Assembly (NCBI RefSeq): GCF_964213995.1
Contig: NC_135825.1
Span: 12,276,001 to 12,340,000 of the forward strand
Reading direction: 5' to 3'
Source of the DNA: Mustelus asterias
Taxonomy: Eukaryota
Length of the DNA stretch: 64,000 nucleotides
Both the position numbers and the translations under genes were made by a program. The first letter of the stretch is position 1. Each line of letters starts with the position of its first letter. This document shows positions 26,582 to 38,600 of this stretch, in pieces. The notes below the pieces were generated by a model. That model was not told the origin of the DNA and searched no databases. It worked only from the letters and a program-made list of their open reading frames with translations.

Positions 26582-26618
26582 ATGTGGATTCTGATTCTTT
26601 TCATCTTTTCTCTGCCTG
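26582..26618 (+). CDS. Gene B exon 1, signal peptide (MWILILFIFSLP)
   Basis: ATG at 26582, donor G|GTGAGT. Confidence 0.85.
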
Positions 26619-29600
26619 GTGAGTAAGGGACAAAGCTGGATCCCGAGATGATGAGTGTTAGATTAAGTCTAGTGCATGGTTTATCCCGCAGAGATATTTA
26701 AATACTTGGAGACATGTAAAGCTTCAAAAACTCAGCAAAAATAAATTAATGAATTTGTGTGATATTTGTAGCTATTTTGTTGATAGGATTGTACCACAGA
26801 AATATTTACCCAGCAAATAGTAAACGGCATTATTGATTGTGAATATAAATTCATCTATTTATTTTTGTTAAAAAGCTATATGATTAATATAATTAAAATG
26901 CAGAAGCAACACATTTCAGTCCAATAAAAGTTAACTTGTTAATGTAGTTTCATGCTCAATATATCCTGGAGACTGGAGGGTTTGATTGGCTCAGTTGTTT
27001 GGAGTGCAATGCGGAATGATTCCAATGGCAGGGGTTCAATCCTCAGAGCGGCTGTGGTAGTTTATGGAAATCTGCCTCCTCACCTTTCCCCATTCCTGTG
27101 GAGTGGTGCCGCCCACACTAAATGTAACCAATTATCTCTCCCTAATGTTGAGAGATGCCTGTGATCCATTGCAGATTATTGCTCATTGAATTGACTCTGA
27201 AGACTGCAGAGGCAACAAAGGCTCCAAGGAAATATTCCCTAAGTTTGCAATTAGAAACATAGAAAAATAGAAACTAGAAGCAGGAGTAGGCCATTCGGCC
27301 CTTTGAGCCTGCTCCGCCATTCATTTTGATCATGGCTGATCATCCAATTCAATATCCTGATCCCCTTCTTCCCATATTCCTTGATCCCTTTATCCCCAAG
27401 AGCTATATCTAATTTTTTCTTGAAATCACACAACGTTTTGGCCTCAACTACATTCTGTGGTAGTGAATTCCATACATTCACCACCCTCTGGGTGAAAAGA
27501 TTTCTCCTCATCTCAGTTCTTTGTGGTTTGCCCCTTATCCTCAAACAATGACCCCCTAGTTCTTGACTCCCTCACCATTGAGGGCATTCTTTCTGAATCT
27601 CCCCTGTCTAACCCTGTTCAAATTTTATGAATTTCTATGAGATCCCGTCTCACTCTTCTAAACACCAGTGAATATAATCCTAACTGACTTAGTCTCTCTT
27701 CATATAGCAGACCTGTCATCCCAGGAATCAGCCTGGTCAACTTTCACTGTACTTACTCTATAGCAAGGACATCCGTCCTCAGATAAGGACACCAAAACTG
27801 CACACAATACTCTCGGTGAGGCTATACCAATGCCCTGTACAATTGCAGCAAAACATCCCTATCCCTGTACTCAAATCCTCCCGCTATGAAGGCCAACAGA
27901 CCATTTGCCTTCTTTTGTTTGTATTATTTAAATTATTACGAATGAAATATTGTTTTATGAAGCTCTGTTGGTGACTCTGCTTCAAAGAATCCCTACAGTA
28001 CAAAAGGAGGCCATTTGGCCCATCATATTTGCAACAACTCTCCGACAAAGCATGTTACCCAGGCCCTATCCCCGTAACATCACATATTTCCCTCACTAAC
28101 TTTCCTAACCTATACATCTTTGGACATTAAGGGACAATTTAGCATGGCCAATCAACTTAACCTGCACATATTTGGACTGTAGGTAGAAACTGGAGCACCC
28201 TGCGATATCCCACGCAGACATGGGAGAAAATGCAAGCTCCACACAGTCACCTGAGGCCAGAATTGAACCCAAGTCACTGGCCCTGTGAGGCAGCCGGGCT
28301 CACCATGGTACCATCCAATCACTTGTACATGGTTGGTCTACTTTGACTTTCAAAGATGTAATCATTTTCTTTTTAAAGTAAATCTAAATTTTCACACCAG
28401 CCCCATATTAAACTGATGCTATTATGCTGGCTGCAATGGAATTTTTGATTCATACTGCCACCTCTCCCCCTCAAGATGAACATTAGAAATAGGAGCAGGA
28501 GATGGCCATTTGTCCCTTTGAGCCTGCTCCATCATTCAACAACATCCTGACTGATCTCCAACCTCAAATCTTATTTCCCGCACTATTCCCATATCCCTCG
28601 ATTATGTTAGTACCACAAAAATGTATAAATCTCTGTGTTTAATATCCTTCAAGACTGCACATCTAAAGCTCTCTGCGGTGGAGAATTCCAAAGATTCCCA
28701 ACACCTTGAGTGAAAACAATCTCCTCATCTCATCCCTGGGTCGTGTTCATTGAGTCAGGAAAGGCATCAAAAAATGAATCGAGACGGGTGACCCAGGAAC
28801 AAATCCACAGGCTGCTCAGCCCGGAGGTGAGCTGGACACAAGGCCTGTTTCTGTGCCCCAGCGCCATGGCTAATAAATAGAATAATTGAAACAACCAAAT
28901 AATCACTCCGGCCCTGACCACTCACCAGAGTTTGTCCCAAAGAGTAAATTTCCCCCCACAAAGAGGAACTTTCCCCCCTCAAAGAGTAACTTTCCCCTCC
29001 CAAAGAGTAACTTTCCCCTCCCAAAGAGCAACTTTCCTCTTCCAAAGAGTAACTTTCCTCTCCAGAAGGCATACCCTGGCTGTCCATAAGAATCCACCAA
29101 GTTCAAACCTTCTCTTAACTATTCTAATCTGAAAACACCGGATTCCACACTCCTGTTCATCCAAAATCTCACTTCAATCAAGGCAGGTGTTGAATTTAAT
29201 GACAATTCGCCTCCACGAATCGTGTATGCAGCCTGATTCCAGTCCCGCTCCCACTCTTAGGACTTTGAAATTCCAGCCATTCCCGGGATTTTCTCCATGA
29301 CAGGGAACCTCCAGACCTGGGTGTCAGATGAACCTTTCACCTGAAAGGCATCACCGAGCTCTATGAACATGACTGAGGGAGGAAAATCTGAGCCATCTTG
29401 TCCCTCAGTATTACACTGGAATGTTAGTGTAGATTTTATACTCCAGTCTCTGGAGTGAGACCTGACCCTGCAATCCACCCATTCAGAGGCGCCAGTGCAA
29501 AGCTTGAGTGACAAGGTGACACAATAACAATGGCCACTGTACATTCACAAGAAATCATTGTCAGTGAAGTACTTTGGCACTGACAGCACGGCTCTATATT

Positions 29601-32600
29601 CATGTTTTCATTGATCACAAACTAGAAAGAGAATGATGAATACAGATATTGGAGAGTTTCCTCTGTACACAGTGGTAAATATTATTAAAATGTTTCTCTC
29701 TGCATGAAGCAGTTATTTACTTGGTCAATTGCTGAAATGTTGTCTCCTCAGTTTCAGGTGCATTGCGGGCAGAAAAGAAAGTCACAGGAATTGTGGGAAG
29801 ATCGATTACAATAAATTGCAATTATGATGGAAAATACAAACAAAACGTGAAATATTGGTGTCACGGTTGGACTGAACGGTGCTCATATTTAGTGAGAACG
29901 GATTATACAGATGGACGGCGAGGGAGAATGTCGATCACAGATAACAAGGCACAAGGAATATTTGCTGTTACGATGGAGGATCTTCGCTCAGGAGATGCAG
30001 GATTGTATCGCTGTGGAATTGTTAAATATTTCTCAGATCCAAAGGTAACCGTGGAGCTGCAAATATCTGAGGGTACATTATTCTCAATGATTTTCTTTAT
30101 TACTGAAATGTCTGATCCATGTTTTATCCACAAGGAAACATTGACAGCTCCGATATCCCGAGGCTCTGCAGCAATGCAGAGTCTGGCTGCCAGAGGGCAG
30201 AGATCTGGAAATCCGACTCTTGTGACACAAACTCAATTCGTGGCCTGTCCAACATTCTGATCAAGAACTTCAAACATAATCAGACAAACAATTCCTTTAA
30301 CTGCAGGATATTGTGAAAGACATTACCCGCGATGCTCAGAATATTTTCCTGTCTCTGAAATGTCTTAAATATCACACTGTCAGATTTTTACAGTCCGGAT
30401 CAATCCAATAGTCAGACATTAACAAAGTGAAGTGAGCAGCCAGTTGGTAGTAATTGTACCTTGTTGGTTTAGCGCTGAATGGTGGGGCTGTGGGGGTGGG
30501 TGGGGGAGCACAGAGGGGGTTAAATGCACAGAAATTGACAATATGTTGGGAAGCCAGTCAAACTCCCAACATCCGGATGTATCCGCAATGTGTCAGTTTG
30601 TGCTTCTTTCAAATAAACCACTGAAAACACAGGGTGAAGCTGACAGATTAAAAGTTAACAAATTGGCAAATTAAACAATTAAATAATCCAATATGGTGAA
30701 AGCCCCTTAAAGGGATCAAAGAACAAAGAACAGTACAGAACAGGAACAGGCCCTTCCTGCGCTGATCACGTTTACCAATGCTTATATTCCTCTATTCCCT
30801 GTTTGTTCATACGTCTATCAAGATAAACCTTAAATATAGCTAACATAAGTGCCTCAACCTCCTCACTTGGCAGTGCATTCCAGGCCCCCACCACCCTCTG
30901 TGTAAAAAAGTTCCCCTGCACATCTCCACTGAACCTTTCCCCCGTTATCTTGAACTTGTGCCCCCTTGTAATTGTCATTTCTGCCCTGGGAGAAAGCTTC
31001 CAACTGTTCACCCCATCGATATCTCTCATAATTTTATAAACTTCTATCAGGTCGCCCCTCAGCCTCCGTCTTTCCAGGGAGAAGAATCCCAGCTCATTCA
31101 AACTCTCCTCATAGTTAATACCCTCTATACCAGGCAACATCCTGGTAAACCTTTTCTGCAATCTCTCCAAAGCCTCCACGTCCTTCTGGTTGTGTGGGAC
31201 CAGAATTGGACAAGTATTCCAAATGTTCCAAATGATCATAAAAATCTCCAAGGAAACTTTAAATGTGTCAATCTGTGTGTGATCAAATCCCCCCAGTGAG
31301 AGACGAGTTACCAATTTCAGTCTATTAATCGCTCAGTGAGTGCAATTAGTGGAATCTGCCTGTGGCTGCTCGGGTTACTGAGCAAGGGCAGAAGACAGAG
31401 GCAATGGGGGAGGCTGAAGAAGTGACTGGGAAAGATGCCAAGAAGCACTGGAACCTCACTGCTTATTTCTAGCCTGATTGTGTGAAAGGTTTAATATCAG
31501 CATTTACAGAGTGTTGACTTTCACGAGAGTGATGGTAATGTGTATTTCTGGGTTACATTTTGGTGATTGTATCTATCAGATCAGCATGGGTGGTTCTCAG
31601 GCTGTTTTATTTTGGGCCTCAGATGAGGACCCAGGTGACCAACAGCACCAATAGCAGCAACTGCCTCCTCCACACAGACCCTGAGCTCCACAAGACAAAG
31701 GAATGAACAGAGACAAGCAGCTCACTGACGGGCAATCCCACAACACAGGGAGTACATGTTTCCTGATCAGCTTCCTTGATGTGTTGCAATTCCAGTGTCT
31801 GAAGAGGCTCATTTGACAACATAAGGGACGGACGAGAATGATTCTCTGACACAGATTGATTCACTCTGAAATGTGGTGAGCGGGTCCAAATCCCACTGGA
31901 GAGTCCAGCAGCGTATTGCTGAGTGAGCCACTGCACACACACCGATCTGTCACCGTGGAGAGTGGCGCATGCACACTGGCCCCTTCACCGCTGGCCTCCC
32001 GATCGCTGGCCATCCCGACCCCCCACCACCATCCGACCACTGGCCGACCAGAGCTCTCCCGGGCCAGCCCCGATCTCCCCTCACCCAGATGGCCAGCGCT
32101 GATCCCCCTCCTCTCTCCCTCTCCCACTGATCCCAGTGCACAGTGTCACTGAAAAACCCCCAACTCATTGAGCCCCCAATAGGCCACACCCTCCAGCATG
32201 CCACCCACCCACGCTAGCACCACCCACTTTGGCACTGCCTGGTGCCTGGTGGGAGGTGCCAGTATTTGTTTTATTCATTTGTGGACATGGGCATCGCTGG
32301 CTGGGTGGCATTTATTGCCCATCCTGAGAGGTTTGCGAGGCCATTTCAGAGGACAGTCAAGAATTAACCACATTGCTTTGGCTCTGGCATCACATGTAGG
32401 CCAGACCAGGAAAGGCTGGTAGATTTCCTTCTTTAACGGACATGAGTGAACCAGATGGGTTTTCCAATAACTGACAATGGTTTCATGGTGATCAGTAGAT
32501 TCTTAATTCCAGATTTTCTTTCTTGAAATCAAATTCCACCACCTGCCATGGCGGGATTCGAACCCTGGTCCCCAGAGCATTAACTGAGATTCTGGATTAA

Positions 32601-35600
32601 TAGGCTAGCGATAACACCACTGGGCCATCACCTCCCTGTGGGTATCTGCATATCTTTGGTTGTGGGAGGAAAATGAAGCACCCAGAGGAAAACCACGCAG
32701 ACACGGGGGGAATGTGCAAATTCCACACTGACCACACAGCCAATGCTGGAATTGAATCCGAATCGCTGGCGCTGTGAGGCTGCAGTGCTAATCACTGTGC
32801 CACTGTGCCCCACTGGGTTGACTGAACAAGCAATCCAATCTAATCCCACCATCTAGTTCTTCATCCAGAGCTCTGTAGGTTACAGCATCTCAAGTTTAAT
32901 CCATTTTGTTTAATGTAATCAGGTTATCCGCCTCTCCCACCCTCGACCACTCTTCCAGGCAGTGAGTTCAGGACCCTCAACATCCCCCGAGTGAAATAAC
33001 CCATTGCCCCAAATCTCCTCTAATCCATTCACCAATTAATTTAAATCTTTAGCTCCTGGTTCATGGTCTGATCTGGAGAGCTGCGATGTCCTGATATAAT
33101 AGTAGACATTGTAGTTCAGGCTGCTGGGAGGGTGGAGAGATATGGAGAGCTGGATGTGTTGGTGAGATTGCAACATGACTGAACCTGAATGAGAGGTTGA
33201 TGAGCTGAAATTCACAGAGTGTTTGATTTTTAGATGTTCAGTCAGTGTCTGAATGTTTGTTTCTTTCCCACAGAACCCGTGTCTGTTCCTGAACTTAGAT
33301 TTTTATCACCACCAAATGCCTCATGTTCTGGGGGCTCAGTGTCCGTCTCCTGTGAGTCTGTCCAGGGATCACTTCCCATTCAGTACACATGGTATGAAAA
33401 GACCCCGTCTGAAGATTCAAAGATCTCTGACACCAATAAACTGGATCTGCATTGTCAATCCTTCAAACAGCAACATCATCAATATTACTGCACAGCCTCA
33501 AATAACCAGGGAGAAAAACCCAGTGAAATGGTGAATGAGTCAGTGATCAACATTTCAGAGAATGACTGCAGTTATTTAACACAAATCAGCAACATTGGTA
33601 AATATCACTTTAAGCTTGAAAAAGTACAACTAATTTTTAAATTAACATCAGTCTGAATAGCTCACAGGTTAAGTTCCATCAGTTGCTTGAAGCAATTGGA
33701 ATGAAAATAGAACTGCATTTATTTAGCACTTTTCAGAACTTCAGGACAGTTTTAAAGTCTGTTCTGGTCAATGCTGGAACTGATTCAGAGCCACTGTTGT
33801 GATGTAGGAAGCTCAGCACCAATTTGTGAGCAATAAGCAATAAGCACGGTAGCACAGTGGTTAGCACTGCTGCTTCACAGCTCCAGGGTCCCGGGTTCGA
33901 TTCCCGGCTCGGGTCACTGTCTGTGTGGAGTTTGCACATTCTCCTCGTGTCTGCGTGGGTTTCCTCCGGGTGCTCCGGTTTCCTCCCACAGTCCAAAGAT
34001 GTGCGGGTTAGGTTGATTGGCCAGGTTAAAAAATTGCTCCTTAGAGTCCTGGGATGTGTAGGTTAGAGGGATTAGTGGGTAAAATATGTGGGGGTAGGGC
34101 CTGGGTGGGATTGTGGTCGGTGCAGACTCGATGGGCCGAATGGCCTCCTTCTGCACTGTAGGGTTTCTATGATTTCTATGATTTCTTCTATGATTTCAAA
34201 GAGCAATGTGACCCTGAGCAGACAATCTGCTGTCTGACAATTGCTGTTTGAGAATACAATAACTCCAGGAGCCGGCTGTGAAGGAACCGTGCTTTTGTTA
34301 CACAAAATGAAAATAAAGAATAACCCCATGCCTGTGGTGAACACAAAGGTCCCAACCAGGACTGAAATGTGAATGGATCCTCTCAAGGTCTTGCTTCGTA
34401 CAAAGCTTGGTATATGAGCTCCACATGATTGGCTAATTATCACTCCCCAGGGAGCTCACATTCAATGAGGCCAACGGGGAGGTCAATGAGTGATTCCCCA
34501 CGCAGATCATGGGGTTTATCACAGAGAGATAAACTTTCCCCACTCCTCCTTTGTTCCCCTTGTCCACTGGGGTTCCCGATGTCCATGGGGTGGGGCCTGA
34601 TATTTTTGGGCAATGGCGGGGGGGATTGTGCATGCAGTGTGGTGGAGACTTTGAATGGGAGGTTTGGCATCGAGGCTGTGGGGAGTGTGAATGGGGATGC
34701 TGGCAGAGAAGGGCAGGTGTTGGGTGGAGTGCCCTGTTCTTTGAGTGGCGGGATGTTGAGGGGAGGCTGACCCTTTACATGAGGGGTGTTCCCCTTGTCC
34801 ACTGGAGGTCCCAGTGTCCATGGGGTGGATCCTGATATCTGTGGGCAATGGGGGGATTCTTTCACTTAACTTTAACTTCAACTTTAAAAATGGTGCCCAA
34901 TCTCTATGGAGACGGCCTTGCCAGCTCAATCAGGCCCCGCCCCACCAGGGTGACAACACAAAACACGCCCCCTGATGTTTTTTTGACAATGGCAGGAGAT
35001 CTGGTGGGGAAAGCAGTCTGTCTTTCTGGAGAGAAACTCACCGGTTTTCAGTCCCAACCTGAGAAGTTGAATTTTTTCTGGAAAATTCCACTAATTGTAT
35101 TAATGTTCCCAACATCTCAAACAAGAAAGTATTCAATTGCATTAGAAGATGTATTGGAGAGATTTCTCTGAACACAGTGGTAATTCCTATTGAAATATAT
35201 CTGTTTGTATGAAGCAATTATTTTCAGTTCAGTTTTTGACCTGTTGTCTTTTCAGCTCCGAGTGCATTGTGGGCAAAAAATAAAGTAACAGGAGTTTTGG
35301 GAAGATCGATCACTATAGATTGTCACTATGACAAATTGTCCCAGTCACATGTGAAAACTTGGAGTCGTCAGTGCTCTGTTTTGGTAAAATCAGACGATCC
35401 AGATGGACGGCGAGGGAGAATGTCGATCACAGATAACAAGACACAAGCATTATTTGTTGTTACTATGGAGGATCTTCGCTCAGGAGATGCAGGATGGTAC
35501 AGCTGTGGAATTGATAAGCCCGGCCTCCTTTCAATATTTCCTGTAAAGCTACAAATATCTGACGGTACATTGTTCTCAGTGATTATCTTTATTACTCTCG

Positions 35601-38600
35601 ACTGAAATGTCTGATCGGTGCTTTATCTGGGAGGAGACATTGACAGCTCCGATATCCCAAGGCTCCGCAGCAGTGCAGAGTCTGGCAGCTAGAGGGCAGT
35701 TAGAACAATGATTATGTTGGAGGAATTGTAATTCAGAGGCCCAGAGTAATGATCCAGAGAGATAGGATCAGATTTATTGCACCTTGGAACCAGCTCTCCT
35801 GGTTAACCAGTTGGCAAGGACCCCACCCATGCTCCTGATGGCTGGAAAATGGACCTTGACCACTTCCCGGATACTCACCAGATACTCACCAAAAGCTCAC
35901 TTCTTCCCCTGTAGTAAATTCCTTCAGCTCATTAAACCTCCACATTCGGTCGGAGTCAGACTCCAGTGCTGGTTGCACTGAGAATGTCTGAATTTATATG
36001 TTCAAAAACAAAGGGACTCAGTACAAAAAGACCAGTTCAAGCCAGTTTCCCCAATTAACTATTCCAGTTGCTGCCAGTGGATAGCTTCTATCGCCCAGCT
36101 CATGCCCTTTGGATGGTACTTATGTCAAAATTTTACTGCCTCGCCCGCCATGGTATCGGAGCGGGTGTGGGGCAGACAACGGAAATGTCTGTTGACCTTG
36201 GCCGGGATTTTACAGTCTCGCTCATTCGAGGCCATAAAACCCCACCCTGAAATTGAAACAGTACTCACACTTAAATGTTAAATGGTACTTACTGTTAAAT
36301 GTTAAATAAAAATACAAACAATGGCCGGAATTCACCGAACCCGTCCGCAGCTGGAATTATCCAGTCCTGCTGCTGTGAATGGAGATTTGGCTGAGCGCCA
36401 AATTCCCTATTCCAACTGGCAGCAGGGGCGGATCACTCGATATCAGAGATTTCAGGTCAAGATTAGATTTTTAGATAGATATTTTAAGTCTCCGTTATCT
36501 CAGCAAACATCCACAGTCTATCTCAGGTCACACTCCAATGCTTGTTACTAACTAATCTGCGATCATGAATATCTGCTGTCCGTGACTGCAATCAATAGAT
36601 ACTACCTGCATTCGGCCAAGCTCTCACTGCCATCTCTCTCTCTCTCTAACACTTTCCCTTCCTCCTCACACCCTGGATCAGGTGTCGAAATATTGGTAAC
36701 ATGAAACTATTTAATTTTTTGGTCATTCTAAAGTTTAAAGTTTTAAAGTTTAAAGTTAAACCTTTATTTAATTCGTGTCACAAGTAGGCTTACATTAACA
36801 CTGCAATGAAGTTACTGTGAAAATCCATTAATGATTGTCTTTTTCCCACAGAACCCGTGTCTGTTTCTGAACTTAGATTTTTATCACCACCAAATGTCTC
36901 ATGTTCTGGGGGCTCAGTGTCCGTCTCCTGTGAGTCTGTCCAGGGATCACTTCCCATTCAGTACACATGGTATGAAAAGACCCCGTCTGAAGATTCAAAG
37001 ATCTCTGACACCAATAAACTGGATCTACATTGTCAATCCTTCAAACAGCAACATCATCAATATTACTGCACAGCCTCAAATAACCAGGGAGAAAAATCCA
37101 GTGAAATGGTTCCAGTGTCAGTGATCCACATTTCAGAGAATGATTGCAGTTATTTAACACAAATCAGCAACATTGGTAAATATCACTTTAAGCTTCAAAA
37201 AATTCAACTAATTTTTGAATTAATGTCTGTCTGAATTGCTCACGGGTTTAGTTCTATTGCTCGAAGCAATTTTAATAAATATAGTATTGCATTTTTTTCG
37301 CTTTTCACAACTTCAGGTCAGTTTTAAAGTCAGTTCTGGTCGATGCTGGAACTGATTCAGAGCCATTGTTGTGATGTAGGAAGCTCAGCACCAATTTGTG
37401 AGCAATAAGCTCCCTCAAGGAGCAATGTGATCATGAGCAGACAATCTGCTGTCTGACAATTGCTGTTTGAGAATATAATAACTCCAGGAGCCGGATGTGA
37501 AGGAACCGTGCTTTTATTGTACAACATGAAAATAAGCAATAACCACACACCTGTGGTGAACACAACAGGTCCCAACCAATACTAAAAGATTAATGGACCC
37601 TCTCAAGGTCTTGCTTTATAAAGGGAATGTCATACAATCTCAATATGGTTGTCTAATTATCAACCCACGGGGAGCACATATTCAGTGATACCAACGATCT
37701 CAAACAAGGAAGTATCCAATTGCATTAGAAGATGTATTGGAGAGATTTCTCTGAACACAGTGGTAAATCCTATTGAAATATATCTATTTGTATGAAGCAA
37801 TTATTTTCAGTTCAATTTTTGACCACTTGTCTTTCCAGCTCCAAGTGCCTTGTCAGCAAAAAATAATGTAACAGGAGTTTTGGGAAGATCGATCACTATA
37901 GATTGTCACTATGACAAATTGTCCCAGTCACATGTGAAAACTTGGAGTCGTCAGTGCTCTGTTTTGGTAAAATCAGATGATCCAGATGGACGGCGAGGGA
38001 GAATGTCGATCACAGATAACAAGACACAAGGATCATTTGTTGTTACTATGGAGGAACTTCACTCAGGAGATGCAGGATGGTACAGCTGTGGAATTGATAA
38101 GCCCGGCTTCCTTTCAATATTTCCTGTAAAGCTACAAATATCTGACGGTACATTGTTCTCTGTGATTATCTTTATTCCTCTCGACTGAAATGTCTGATCG
38201 GTGCTTTATCTGGGAGGAGACATTGACAGCTCCGATATCCCGAGGCTCCGCAGCAGTGCAGAGTCTGGCAGCTAGAGGGCAGTTGGAACAATGATTATGT
38301 TGGAGGAATTGTAATTCAGAGGCCCAGAGTAAAGGTCCAGAGAGATGGGGTCAGATTTATTGCACCTTGGACACTGCTCTGCTGGTTAACAAGTTGGCAA
38401 GGACCCCACCCATGCTCCCGATGCCTGGACAATAAACCTTGACCACTCCCCGGAAAGTCACCAGATACGCACCAACAGCTCACTTCTTCCCCTGTTGTAA
38501 ATTCCTTCGGATCATTAAACCTCCACACTCGGTCGGAGTCAGACTCCAGTGCTGGTTGCACTGAGAATGCCTGAATTTATATGTTCAAAAACAAAGGGAC

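Noticed and set aside
30073-30260. ORF-track extension of the V domain (GTLFSMIFF..CPTF) as a TM or tail
   Set aside because: It follows a splice donor conserved after all four V exons, and the equivalent read-through stops early after V2 and V3; best read as intron.
31600-31760. Possible Ser/Thr-rich stalk exon between V1 and C2 (paralog about 13540-13700)
   Set aside because: The phase-1 frame after the candidate acceptor hits TAG within 11 codons, and no in-frame donor was found.
33845-33915. tRNA gene
   Set aside because: The box A/B sequence is the head of a SINE and is followed by the SINE core and tail.
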